Translations under genes and position numbers: made by a program
Notes under the pieces: generated by a model
What the model was told of the DNA's origin: nothing
The model's database searches: none
Seen by the model: the letters and a program-made list of their open reading frames with translations, nothing else
IMG/VR virus record: IMGVR_UViG_3300049259_000288
Location: 1 to 64,000 of that record
Direction: 5' to 3' (one strand)
Origin: a virus
Length of the DNA: 64,000 nucleotides
In this document: positions 23,968-33,471 of the stretch, piece by piece
Numbering within the stretch: position 1 is the first letter of the stretch
Layout: each line of letters begins with the position of its first letter

Positions 23968-24752
23968 CGAGTCGCTGGGTCGTACACCAGGGGCTCACCC
24001 TTGAGCCCCGCCTCGGGGTCGGGCGCGAAGAAGTGCTCGCGGAACCAGTCTGCGCACGCCTCGTCGCCGCGCTCTTCGGCGATGCCGCCGTACATGCGCC
24101 AGTGGGCGCCGGCTGAGTACGGCAGGTCCGTGGCGTCGTAGGCCGCCTTGCCGTTGATGGCCTTGCGCACGAACTGGGTGGCCGAGCGGTACGGGAAGTG
24201 GCGCACCTCGAGCACGCCGTCGATGCGCGTGGGCACCATGTTCGTGTAGTGGGCGCCGTGGTTGCCCTGCTCGATGACGAGGTCCTCGCGCCAGCGGCAC
24301 GCCACCTTGGGAAGCCCGCCCGGCGTGACGCGACGCCATCCCATCCGGAGGAACGGCGAGGTCTCCTCGTCGTCGTCGAGGCCGGTGGCGACGTGGTCGT
24401 AGAGCGTGGCCGTGGCGATCCAGGTGTCGTCGGGGAGTGTGGCCAGTGCTTCGGCGACGCGCCGGTGTCCGTAGGCGAACCAGAGCTCATCGGCGTCGAA
24501 GGGCACGATCCAGTCGGCGCCGTACTGCACGACCGCCGCCTGTGCCAGGGCCGTCATCTTCTCGGACTGCCGGTAGGCCGGGTCGGGGTCCTCGAGCACG
24601 TCCACGCCGAGCTCGTCGAGGATGGCGCGCGTGCCATCGGTGGAGAGGTTGTCGGCGACGAGGACATGGTCGACCTGGTGCATCATCCAGGTCACCGAGT
24701 CGCGGATGACGTCCTCCTCGTCCTTCACCATGGAGATCGCGACCGTGGTCAT
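23964..24752 (-). CDS. glycosyltransferase family 2
   Basis: MVKDEEDVI, VADNLSTDGT, WIVPFDADE. Confidence 0.88.
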   Translation of the reverse strand: MTTVAISMVKDEEDVIRDSVTWMMHQVDHVLVADNLSTDGTRAILDELGVDVLEDPDPAYRQSEKMTALAQAAVVQYGADWIVPFDADELWFAYGHRRVAEALATLPDDTWIATATLYDHVATGLDDDEETSPFLRMGWRRVTPGGLPKVACRWREDLVIEQGNHGAHYTNMVPTRIDGVLEVRHFPYRSATQFVRKAINGKAAYDATDLPYSAGAHWRMYGGIAEERGDEACADWFREHFFAPDPEAGLKGEPLVYDPATR

Positions 24753-25321
24753 GGCTTGGTCGCCAGGAAGATCGTCTCGACGCCGTACTGGGTCTGTGGG
24801 CTGTCGATCGTGGTGTGCGCCACGACGGCGCCAGCGGTTGCAAAGGCGTTCTCGATGTAGTCGGTCGGCAGCGACAGGTCGGGGACGCCAGGGTCTTCGT
24901 TCCACGCGATCTCATGGTCGTGCCACGCCGCGGGGAACTCGTCGCTCTGGTGCATCGGGGTGAAGATGATCAGCGCCATGCGCTCCCGGAACGACTCGAT
25001 GGCGTTGGAGAGGATCTCGCGCCAGCGGTAGTCGTGCTCGAGGACGTGGCGGATGAAGATCCCAGCCACGTCGCTGTGGTAAGTGGTGAGATCGGCGACC
25101 TCGTCGGCGAACGGCGAGTGCGAGCCGTCGATGCCGCGGTACCGCTCGGGCTCGACGAGCGTGCGCAACCAGCCCTTTCCGCACCCCCAGTCCTCGATCA
25201 CGCTGCAACCGGCGAGGTGCTCGGCGCCGAGCTTGTAGGTGTCGGAGTCGCCGTAGGGCTGGGGCCCATCCTCCTCGCTCATCAGCGAGTACCAGCGGTC
25301 CCACTTCCCGACGTTGCTCAT
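24749..25321 (-). CDS. class I SAM-dependent methyltransferase
   Basis: IEDWGCGKG, YRGIDGS, RHVLEH. Confidence 0.85.
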   Translation of the reverse strand: MSNVGKWDRWYSLMSEEDGPQPYGDSDTYKLGAEHLAGCSVIEDWGCGKGWLRTLVEPERYRGIDGSHSPFADEVADLTTYHSDVAGIFIRHVLEHDYRWREILSNAIESFRERMALIIFTPMHQSDEFPAAWHDHEIAWNEDPGVPDLSLPTDYIENAFATAGAVVAHTTIDSPQTQYGVETIFLATKP

Positions 25322-25998
25322 CAGTAGCCCGTCCCTGCTCGTTCGTCGCCGATGTGCAGCACCTTCGGGGGATCGAACTTCTTGCCCCAGAAGGCGAAGG
25401 GGCAGCCGCGTCGGTGCGTGAGCAGTCGGTGCGTGAACGCGCCCTCGCTGTGCTCGCCATCAGGCCAGCCTTCGCGCAGCAGGGCGCGATGGTAGACGGA
25501 CGGGTTCGTGGTGAAGAACCGGCGGTGTGCTGTCCACCACGACTCGCCGTCGCTCATCTGGAAGAAGTCCTGCGGGTTGGCCTCGATGATGCCGCCGGCG
25601 GCCCGCTCGATGTCGTTCCACGGCTGGCGCTTGAGGGCGACCTGGACGAGCTCACGCTGGCGGATCAGCAGGCGCTCCATGGCCACGACGTTGATGTCCT
25701 CGGTGAACACGAAGTCGTCCTCAAGGTGGAAGATGAAGTGCGAGTCGCTCGAGGCGAGGTAGGCCCAGGCTGAGCGGATGGCGCCGCCGAAGCCCGAGCG
25801 GCCGGGTGTCGAGATGATCGTGAACTGGGGGAACTGCTCGGCGAGCCACGCCCGGTAGTCCGGGTCGCCGGAGTCGTCGTGGATGATGCGCTCGGTGAAC
25901 GGCAACGCCTCGGCGCGGAGGTGCACGAGCGCCGAGTGCAGCGTCCGGCTGATGCAGTCGCGACGGCCGTCGGTCATCACCAGCAGCGTCGTGCTCAT
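25321..25998 (-). CDS. glycosyltransferase (GT-A fold)
   Basis: IIHDDSGD, IFHLEDDF, FTTNPS, HIG..R. Confidence 0.82.
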   Translation of the reverse strand: MSTTLLVMTDGRRDCISRTLHSALVHLRAEALPFTERIIHDDSGDPDYRAWLAEQFPQFTIISTPGRSGFGGAIRSAWAYLASSDSHFIFHLEDDFVFTEDINVVAMERLLIRQRELVQVALKRQPWNDIERAAGGIIEANPQDFFQMSDGESWWTAHRRFFTTNPSVYHRALLREGWPDGEHSEGAFTHRLLTHRRGCPFAFWGKKFDPPKVLHIGDERAGTGY

Positions 25999-26567
25999 CC
26001 CGCGGTCTCCCTCCCCGTGCGGCGCGCGTCGGTGTGCTTCGTGCGGTAGGTCCAGGTCACCTTCGGGACCACCTCGAAGGCGCAGCCCAGCCGGTACATC
26101 TGCTTCCAGAGCTCCCAGTCCTCGTACGGCTTGTCGAGCGGGAAGCCGCCGGCGCTGAGGACGGCGGAGCGCCGTGCCAGCACGGTGATGGGGAAGATGC
26201 CGTGCCGGCGCAGGTCGTTCCAGGCGAAGGGGCGGTTGTAGTAGCCCCCGCAGCACGCGATCTCCGGGAGCGGCGGGCCCTCGAAGCGGCAGTGCGGGAT
26301 CACCACGTCGACGCGGTTGTCCGCTGCGTGCGCGGCCAGCGTCTCGATGTGGTCGGTGTCCAGATGGTCGTCGTCGTCGAGGAAGGCGATCCAGGAGGTG
26401 GTAGCCGCCTCGACCAGCTGGTTGCGCGCCTCAGCGACCCCAACGCTGTCGTCCACGCAGATGAGGTGCGCGGCTGCCTGGGTCTGGGCGCCGACGGAGG
26501 CGACTGCCTCGGCGAGCAGGGACGCGCGTCGAGGCAGCGACGCGGTGATGACGGTGACGTCGATCAT
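25995..26567 (-). CDS. glycosyltransferase family 2
   Basis: VTVITA, ARN, WIAFLDDDD, GGF, EDWELW. Confidence 0.88.
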   Translation of the reverse strand: MIDVTVITASLPRRASLLAEAVASVGAQTQAAAHLICVDDSVGVAEARNQLVEAATTSWIAFLDDDDHLDTDHIETLAAHAADNRVDVVIPHCRFEGPPLPEIACCGGYYNRPFAWNDLRRHGIFPITVLARRSAVLSAGGFPLDKPYEDWELWKQMYRLGCAFEVVPKVTWTYRTKHTDARRTGRETAG

Positions 26568-27256
26568 GGCTCGATGGGCTCGAGGTGACGGGTGAAGGCG
26601 GCCAGACGCCGCTTCCGGATGTTCCAGGTGCGCGCGTCCATCCGCCACTGGGCCTTGCCCAGCTCGTAGGTCGGATCGCTCTCGGCCTTCTTCCAGGAGG
26701 GATGCACGTGCTCGACGATCGAGTCGGCGGCGAAGGCCCATGCCCGTCGGCGGATGGCGGTCTGGACCATCTCGACGTCACAGAAGTTGTGGTCGTATCC
26801 CTCGTGGTAGATCACGCCTGGCTGGTCGTAGGTGCCGTGCTCGAGGGCGTAGTCGCGTGTGACGATCGAGTGGGTGGCGTGGCGGCCAGCCACGACGTCG
26901 GGGTTGCCGAGGTCGTTCGTACCGACGACGCCGATGCCGTCGGCGAGCTTCGCCATGGCGGCCTCTAGCCAGCCGGGGGAGAACACGAGGTCGTCGGCGC
27001 CGGTGAAGATCAGCGGCTCCGTCGAGGCGCGCATCCCGGCGTTGATCTTGCGGGCGTAGTCGCCGGGCTGGCGGTCCGCCGAGGGCGTGATGTAGTCGGC
27101 GCCGGCGCGCGCCAGGGCTTCGATCTCAGGCCTGTCGGTGCCGGTGGCGACGAAGAGGAGCCGGAAGCCCGTCGTCGCCCTGGAGACGCTCTCGATGAAC
27201 GGAACGATCCGTTCTGGCCGGTTCAGCACCGGGACGACGATGCAGACGTTGGCCAC
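26564..27256 (-). CDS. glycosyltransferase family 2
   Basis: IVVPVLNRP, KINAG, FTGADDL, FCD.E, VEH.HP; TACCCT-N6-GTG leaderless start. Confidence 0.85.
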   Translation of the reverse strand: MANVCIVVPVLNRPERIVPFIESVSRATTGFRLLFVATGTDRPEIEALARAGADYITPSADRQPGDYARKINAGMRASTEPLIFTGADDLVFSPGWLEAAMAKLADGIGVVGTNDLGNPDVVAGRHATHSIVTRDYALEHGTYDQPGVIYHEGYDHNFCDVEMVQTAIRRRAWAFAADSIVEHVHPSWKKAESDPTYELGKAQWRMDARTWNIRKRRLAAFTRHLEPIEP

Positions 27257-27310
27257 GGGCCGAGGGTATGGATGCGCTGGCCGTCGTAGTGGGATGCCTA
27301 CTGTGCGGCG

Positions 27311-28039
27311 ATGGCGGTGTCGGTGCTCATCCCCTTCCGCCCCACCGATGTGCACCGCCAGCGCGCGCTCGACTGGGTGCTGGGGCAGTTCGAGCGCCAG
27401 TACCCCCGTTTCCAGGTGATCGTCCAGGAAAGCGAGCGAGGTCCATGGTCCAAGGGTGAGCTCGTCGAGCGGGCGCTGCGCCGCGCCACGGGCGATGTGA
27501 TCGTGGTCGCCGACGGCGACGTCTGGACCGCCGGACTCGAGCGGGCAGTGCAGCTGGTGGCCGACGGGGACTTCCACTGGGCGCTCCCGCAGCTCTGGGT
27601 CTACCGGCTGACCGAGGCGGCCACCGCCCGGGTCTACGGCGGCGCCGGCCTGTCGATCAACGCCGAGACCGTGCGAGTCCACAAGGCTGTGCGCGGCGGC
27701 GGCTGCGTCGTGCTGGACCGACCCACCATCGAGCGCATCCCGATGGATCCCCGCTTCGTGGGCTGGGGAGGAGAAGACATCGCCTGGGGCAAGGCGCTGT
27801 CGGTGCTCGCCGGCGACTGTTGGCGAGCTCGATCGCCGCTGTATCACCTCTGGCACCCGCCGGCGCTCCGGGAAGACGAGATCGCAGGCAGCGCCGAGAA
27901 CGCTGCCCTCCTCAAGCGGTACACGATGGCCAAGGCGCGCTCGAGCTGGCCGGAGAAGATGCAGGAGGTCATCGACGAGGTGCTGGCTGGCCATCCGCCG
28001 ACTGAGCTTGTCCAGCGAGCATCATCGGAACGTCACTGA
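27311..28039 (+). CDS. glycosyltransferase (GT2 with GT7 C-terminal-like motif)
   Basis: VLIPFR, VADGD, FVGWGGED, HLWH; TACTGT-N6-ATG leaderless start. Confidence 0.87.
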   Translation: MAVSVLIPFRPTDVHRQRALDWVLGQFERQYPRFQVIVQESERGPWSKGELVERALRRATGDVIVVADGDVWTAGLERAVQLVADGDFHWALPQLWVYRLTEAATARVYGGAGLSINAETVRVHKAVRGGGCVVLDRPTIERIPMDPRFVGWGGEDIAWGKALSVLAGDCWRARSPLYHLWHPPALREDEIAGSAENAALLKRYTMAKARSSWPEKMQEVIDEVLAGHPPTELVQRASSERH

Positions 28040-28052
28040 GGTCGCCGGAGCC

Positions 28053-28078
28053 TGAATCGAGCGCCTCCGAACGCCGAT
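28053..28078 (+). promoter_or_regulatory. sigma-28-type late promoter (portal)
   Basis: TGAA-N16-GCCGAT, GTG 9 nt downstream. Confidence 0.82.
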
Positions 28079-28087
28079 GAGGTGCAT

Positions 28088-30013
28088 GTGAGCGTCGTCC
28101 ATGTCGAGACCGACGAGTTCGGCGACATCGCAGCAGCGGATGCGACCGGTCTGCACCTGAGCCCGGGCGAGGTCCGTCAGGTGTGGTCGCAGATGATGGC
28201 GAACGACCCGCTGGTCGCCGCGCTGACCACCTGGACTCGCAAGGTCCAGCGGCCCCGGCGCCGGGGCGGCCTGCTCGATCGTGACCGCTACGCCACCCCC
28301 GGCACTACCTTCGACCAGATCCGCACGGCGCGCGACGCCATGGACGACGACGTCGTCGAGGGCATCGCCGACCTCACCGAGGCGCTCGCGTTCAAGAAGG
28401 TCGGCTTCTTCTCCCCCGACGAGGACGAGGAGAGCGCCTGGAACCAGTGGGCTGGCACGGTGAACCTCGACGGACTGCTGCGCCAGGCGTGGCGGACCTA
28501 CTTCACCGACTCGCAGGCGGTCGTTGCGTTGTGGTGGGGCCGCACGCAGTACAAGGTCACCGGCAAGACCCGCAAGGGCAACGAGCGCCGAAAGACCTTC
28601 GACCTCGCGGTGCCGACGGCGATCGACACCATCGACTCGCTCAAGGTCACGCCCGTCGGCGACATGCTCTTCGGCCGGGAGCGGCTGGCCTACATCGCCA
28701 CCATCGGAGAGGCCGAGGCGTTCGACGAGATCCTCGGGCGTCGGAACTCGATCATGAAGCGCACGGGCCGGCTGCCCAGCGGGGCGCCGTTCCCGCGGAT
28801 GCTTCCCGTGCGCTGGGACGACGAGGAGACCCTCGACAACGAGGTCGTCGATCGCCTGCTCGTGGGGCGCTACACGCCCGATGGTGACGAGGCGCGCCTG
28901 CTGATGAGCGAGGGGGTCGACCCCCAAAACCTCTTCCTGATGTCGAACGACTCGGTGTTCCGGCACACCGCGACCAAGGGCGGCCACGAGCGGTTCGCCC
29001 GGGTGCGGATGAAGTCCACCTTCGAGCTCCTCGACATGAAGCACCAGCTGCGCCAGAAGGACCGGGTCTTCCTGCTCGCCGGCATCAACTTCATCCTGGT
29101 GATCAAGCAGGGCTCGGACACGCTGCCAGCGCTGCCCGAGGAGATCAGCCACCTGCGCGCCAACACCCAGGTGCTGGCGCAGATGCCGGTCATCGTCGGG
29201 CCCCACACCCTGACCGTCGACGTGGTGACGCCGGACCAGGAGTCGGTGCTGAACCGCGACAAGTGGGATGTGCTTGATGAGCGCATCGCCGCGCGTCTGC
29301 TGCGGCAGTTCGGGCCACGCGGCGGCGGCGCCGGCGACCAGACCGCCGACCTCGCTCAGCTCGCCGGGCTGTGGCTCGAGTCCGAGCGCCACATGCTGAA
29401 CCGGACGCTCGAGGCCAAGATCTTCGACCTCATCCGCAAGCGGAACGAGCAGCTGACCCAGCGCGCCAAGCTCCGGTACTACCCGAAGCGCATCGCACTG
29501 GCCTTCGACTCGGCCTACGCCTCGTTCCTGCTGGACATGCGCGACAAGAACGAGGTCAGCCGCGACACCGTGCACACCGAGTTCGGCCTCGACCAGGGCG
29601 ACGAGGCGGCGATGCGCGAGCGCGAAGAGCGCGACTTCGACGAGATCTTCAAGACCCTGGCGACGCCCGGCGCCGGCATGGCGACCGGAACGCCGGGGGC
29701 TCCAGCCGGTCTCCCGGGCGGAAATCCCGGCGGCGGGGACGGCGGTGCCGGCGGCGGCCGCGCGGCGCAGAAGCAGGCGGGTCGCAATGGTGGTGGCACC
29801 AGCAACGGCGGCGGTGCGGCGCCGGGCAGCGGCCAGGGTCAGGCGCCGCGCCGGCTGCGCAAGCTGTCGGCGAGCTCGACGCGCACGGCGCTGCTCGCCG
29901 CGGCCAAGGAGCTCGAGATCCCCGGGCGCTCTGGCATGAACCGTGAGCAGCTGGCGACGGCGATCCACGCCGAGCTGGGAATCGACGGTCCCGAGGAGGA
30001 CGACGATGAGTGA
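28088..30013 (+). CDS. portal protein with Gly-rich tail and Rho-N-like C-terminal domain
   Basis: Size and first position in the head module; C-terminal LLAAAKELEIPGRSGMNREQLATAI. Confidence 0.7.
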   Translation: MSVVHVETDEFGDIAAADATGLHLSPGEVRQVWSQMMANDPLVAALTTWTRKVQRPRRRGGLLDRDRYATPGTTFDQIRTARDAMDDDVVEGIADLTEALAFKKVGFFSPDEDEESAWNQWAGTVNLDGLLRQAWRTYFTDSQAVVALWWGRTQYKVTGKTRKGNERRKTFDLAVPTAIDTIDSLKVTPVGDMLFGRERLAYIATIGEAEAFDEILGRRNSIMKRTGRLPSGAPFPRMLPVRWDDEETLDNEVVDRLLVGRYTPDGDEARLLMSEGVDPQNLFLMSNDSVFRHTATKGGHERFARVRMKSTFELLDMKHQLRQKDRVFLLAGINFILVIKQGSDTLPALPEEISHLRANTQVLAQMPVIVGPHTLTVDVVTPDQESVLNRDKWDVLDERIAARLLRQFGPRGGGAGDQTADLAQLAGLWLESERHMLNRTLEAKIFDLIRKRNEQLTQRAKLRYYPKRIALAFDSAYASFLLDMRDKNEVSRDTVHTEFGLDQGDEAAMREREERDFDEIFKTLATPGAGMATGTPGAPAGLPGGNPGGGDGGAGGGRAAQKQAGRNGGGTSNGGGAAPGSGQGQAPRRLRKLSASSTRTALLAAAKELEIPGRSGMNREQLATAIHAELGIDGPEEDDDE

Positions 30014-32000
30014 GCTCGAAGCGCCCCTGGTGGTGCAGGCGAACCGCGGGTTCCACGTGCTGTCGCTGGCCGAGGTCATCGACGACACGAAGGAGACGGC
30101 GGCGTCCTGGGCCGGCGAGCACATCCAGCTGCGCCCGGACTTCGGCTGGATCGTGGGCCGCTACGTCGAGGCGGACAAGCCCAACCGCAACGGCCACATC
30201 TTCCCGATGGAGGACCTGCGCGCCTCGCACCAGGGCGTGGTGCACACCTACCTGAACATGCTCCACCGCCAGCACCACGTCGTGGGCACCTTCACCGCGG
30301 CCAAGCTGCTCGAGGGCGTGGAGTCTGCGGTGCCGTTCGCGGCGTCGGAGCAGGCGGCGATGCTCAACCCGCACGTCGAGGCCGTCTCGGCGTTCTGGCG
30401 CTACGCCTTCCCGGACGAGTACCGCGCCACCCAGGCCGCCTTCCGCGATCGCAGCGCGTGGCTGTCGATGGAGGCCGTGCCCCGGCGGATCACCTGCACC
30501 GCCGACAACCTCACCTTCGACTACAAGGGCCCGGCGCACGACAGCTACTGCGAGCACCTCCTCGCCTCGCCGCGTGCGCAGCGTCGGCTGAACCAGCCGC
30601 ACTTCGTCGGCGGCGCCGTCATCATCCCGCCGACGCGCCCGGGTTGGGCCCACGCCGACATCCGCGACGTCGCCGGCGTCATCGAGAAGCACCTGGATGA
30701 GGCGGAGATGGTCTATGAGACGGTGGCCGCCGCCGCGTCGCACCTCGATCCCAAGACCTGGGAAGCGGTGATGGCCAAGGTGCTCGCCCACGCGTTCCCC
30801 CGCGACGCCGTGGCCACGGCGCGCCAGTTCTCCACCGGTGAGCGCGAGAAGCTCGCGAAGAGCGGCGAGGCCATGTCCGACGGCTCCTTCCCGATCAAGA
30901 ACGCCGAGGACCTCAAGAACGCGATCAGCGCCTACGGCCGCGCCAAGAACCGCGCAGCTGCCAAGCGCCACATCATGAAGCGCGCCCGCTCGCTGGGCCT
31001 CGAGAACCTGATCCCCGAGGAGTGGAAGGGCCGGGAGACAGCGGCGACGTCGATGCCGGCGAACGTCCGGGCAGCGTATGACGCCCACCTCGCCGAGGGC
31101 GGCTGGGAGCCCGACCCGCAGGTGAACTACCAGGCGCACCCCTACAAGGGCGGCGTGCTGCACATGGTCGCCGACGGCTGGGGCGAGTGGTTCTTCGCCG
31201 AGGTGCAGGGCCAGGTGGCCTTCGTGGCCCAGAAGATGGCTGACGTCCGCGCCTTCCACGTCGCCGAGGGCATCAACATCGGCAAGCCCCTCGTGAAGCA
31301 GATGGGCTGGGGCGACAAGGCGTGGATCGCCGAGCTCATCACCCAGCTCGAGAAGGCCCAGCCTGACGTGAAGCCCAAGCCAGCGGCTGCTGCGCTTGAG
31401 GACATCTCCGGGCTCATCCTCGAAGCGGCGGCCACCAAGAAGGGCGCCATCGTGGCTCTCGTGCCGCCGCCGGCGATCGCCGAGGACATGGCGAAGCTCG
31501 GCAAGGAGCTCCCCGAGGAGATGCACGTCACCCTCGTTTTCCTGGGCGAGATCGCTGATGGCGGCGGCACGGTGGCCCTCGACGACAAGGACCCGGCGTC
31601 GACCGGTCAGCCGGTGAGCAAGGAGCGCGTGCTCGGCGCCGTCGCTGCCTTCTGCGCCGGCGCGCCGGCGCTGCCCAAGGCCGCCGTGTCGGGACTCGGC
31701 GCCTTCGCGCTCGGCGACGACCGAGCCGTGATCTACGCCTCTCTCGACGTCCCCGGCCTGCCCGAGACCCGTGAGCGCCTGGTGGCGTCGCTCAAGGCCG
31801 CCGGCGTGCCGGTGAGCACGCTGCACGGGTTCAGCCCGCACATGAGCCTCGAGTACACGACCGCGGCCGACGCCGCGCCGCGCGTCGACGCCTTCGACGG
31901 CGACCTGCCGGAGTGGGTCGTCGATCACCTCGAGGTGTGGTGGGACGGCGAGCACATCAGCTATGAGCTGGCCGGCGGCAAGGTGGCGTTGCCGGCGTGA
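30006..32000 (+). CDS. capsid maturation protease fused to a C-terminal 2H phosphoesterase
   Basis: PNRNGHIF..LNMLH..VVG and LSME protease motifs; MHVTLVFLG and FSPHMSL 2H motifs. Confidence 0.75.
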   Translation: MSELEAPLVVQANRGFHVLSLAEVIDDTKETAASWAGEHIQLRPDFGWIVGRYVEADKPNRNGHIFPMEDLRASHQGVVHTYLNMLHRQHHVVGTFTAAKLLEGVESAVPFAASEQAAMLNPHVEAVSAFWRYAFPDEYRATQAAFRDRSAWLSMEAVPRRITCTADNLTFDYKGPAHDSYCEHLLASPRAQRRLNQPHFVGGAVIIPPTRPGWAHADIRDVAGVIEKHLDEAEMVYETVAAAASHLDPKTWEAVMAKVLAHAFPRDAVATARQFSTGEREKLAKSGEAMSDGSFPIKNAEDLKNAISAYGRAKNRAAAKRHIMKRARSLGLENLIPEEWKGRETAATSMPANVRAAYDAHLAEGGWEPDPQVNYQAHPYKGGVLHMVADGWGEWFFAEVQGQVAFVAQKMADVRAFHVAEGINIGKPLVKQMGWGDKAWIAELITQLEKAQPDVKPKPAAAALEDISGLILEAAATKKGAIVALVPPPAIAEDMAKLGKELPEEMHVTLVFLGEIADGGGTVALDDKDPASTGQPVSKERVLGAVAAFCAGAPALPKAAVSGLGAFALGDDRAVIYASLDVPGLPETRERLVASLKAAGVPVSTLHGFSPHMSLEYTTAADAAPRVDAFDGDLPEWVVDHLEVWWDGEHISYELAGGKVALPA

Positions 32001-32125
32001 TCCGGTGCCTCTTGCAGGCCCTTGGGCGGGCGTGCGCTGCCTTCGCGCAGGCCGGTTCTGCTGGCCCGAATCGCTCGGAACGACGGGGTGAACGACCCGA
32101 GGAGAACCGGCTCCGACGCCGTTTC

Positions 32126-32151
32126 TGAATCTTCGGAGGGTCGCCGCCGAT
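32126..32151 (+). promoter_or_regulatory. sigma-28-type late promoter (scaffold/capsid)
   Basis: TGAA-N16-GCCGAT, GTG 9 nt downstream. Confidence 0.82.
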
Positions 32152-32160
32152 CCATCGAAC

Positions 32161-32862
32161 GTGGAGGGCGCAGTGGTCACCGACGAGCTTCGTGCGATCC
32201 ACGATCTGCTCGTCGAAGCCAAGGCGCCTGAGAGCGAGCACGGTCCTGCGAACTGCGGGGTGTGCGCCGAGCGTGCCGGTCTGACGCCGGTTCATCAGGA
32301 GGGACACGTGAGCACCTACACCAAGGAGCAGCTCGACGCAGCCGTCGCCGAGGCGACGGGTCCGCTGCAGGCGCAGCTGGCCGAGCTCGAGAAGGCACAG
32401 ACCGCCGAGCAGATCGCGGCCCAGATCGCCGAGGCGGTCACGCCGCTGAACGACAAGATCGCTGAGCTCGAGGCTGCGAGCGACACGCTCACCGCCGAGC
32501 TCAACACGGTGAAGGCCGAGCGCGACGAGCTCGTGCAGGCCAACACCGACCGCGAGGCCGCAGCCGCCGCCGAGGCCGAGAAGGCCGCCCGGCGCGACGA
32601 GCGGGTCTCCAAGGTGCTCGAGGTGGCGTCGTTCACCGAGGAGCAGGTGGCCGAGCGCGCCGACCGGTGGGCCGACATGGACGACACGTCCTTCGACACG
32701 CTCATCGAGGATCTCAAGGCCCAGGCCACCCCGCCCGGGCCCGGCGAGGTCGTGCCGAGGCCGGTCCTCAAGGCCCACGAGTCCGCCAAGGCCACCGGTG
32801 GTCTGTCCAGCGCCATGACCACGGCGCTCGGCTTCCGCCGCCAGGGCATCAAGACCGTCTGA
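32161..32862 (+). CDS. capsid scaffolding protein
   Basis: Ala/Glu coiled coil between protease and capsid genes. Confidence 0.7.
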   Translation: MEGAVVTDELRAIHDLLVEAKAPESEHGPANCGVCAERAGLTPVHQEGHVSTYTKEQLDAAVAEATGPLQAQLAELEKAQTAEQIAAQIAEAVTPLNDKIAELEAASDTLTAELNTVKAERDELVQANTDREAAAAAEAEKAARRDERVSKVLEVASFTEEQVAERADRWADMDDTSFDTLIEDLKAQATPPGPGEVVPRPVLKAHESAKATGGLSSAMTTALGFRRQGIKTV

Positions 32863-32878
32863 GGTTCGAGGAGGACCG

Positions 32879-33451
32879 ATGAGCAACTACGGCCGCTACT
32901 TCGAGTTCCGCAACAGCCCCCGTCCGGAGAACCGGTACGGGCGTGCGCTGTCGCCGAACGCCGTCATCCCGATCGGTGCGCCGGTCGTGGCTGGCACTGC
33001 CGCCCCCAACGCCGACGGTCGCAGCGTGTACGCGCTCAAGACCGGCGGCCAGACGGGTCGGCCCCTGCCGGTCAAGAACGGGCTGGCGATCTTCGAGCAC
33101 TCGTACAACGCGTACGCGGGCTTCGACACCGAGCTCACCGTGCCGTCGGACTTCTCCGACATCCCGGCGAACTCGCCGATCCAGGTGTGCCACGGCACGA
33201 ACATCAAGGTGGTGTTCCGCAACATCACGGCGGACACGGTCTTCCTGGGCCAGCGGACCTACGACGACGCCAGGGTGATGATCGCCCCCGGCAACCTCGG
33301 CACCCTCGGTGTCGGCGACTTCATCGTGCCCGGCACGGGCGACGGCACCTCGGGCTACTGGGCCGAGGGCGGCGACGCCGACACGGCCTGGTTCCAGATC
33401 ACCTCGGTCGACACCGCTCGCGGTGAGGTCGAGGCCCAGATGTTGTTCTGA
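32879..33451 (+). CDS. capsid decoration/cement protein
   Basis: Beta-rich, directly upstream of the major capsid gene; GAGGAGG RBS. Confidence 0.55.
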   Translation: MSNYGRYFEFRNSPRPENRYGRALSPNAVIPIGAPVVAGTAAPNADGRSVYALKTGGQTGRPLPVKNGLAIFEHSYNAYAGFDTELTVPSDFSDIPANSPIQVCHGTNIKVVFRNITADTVFLGQRTYDDARVMIAPGNLGTLGVGDFIVPGTGDGTSGYWAEGGDADTAWFQITSVDTARGEVEAQMLF

Positions 33452-33471
33452 CGGTCTGAGGAGGACCTGAC

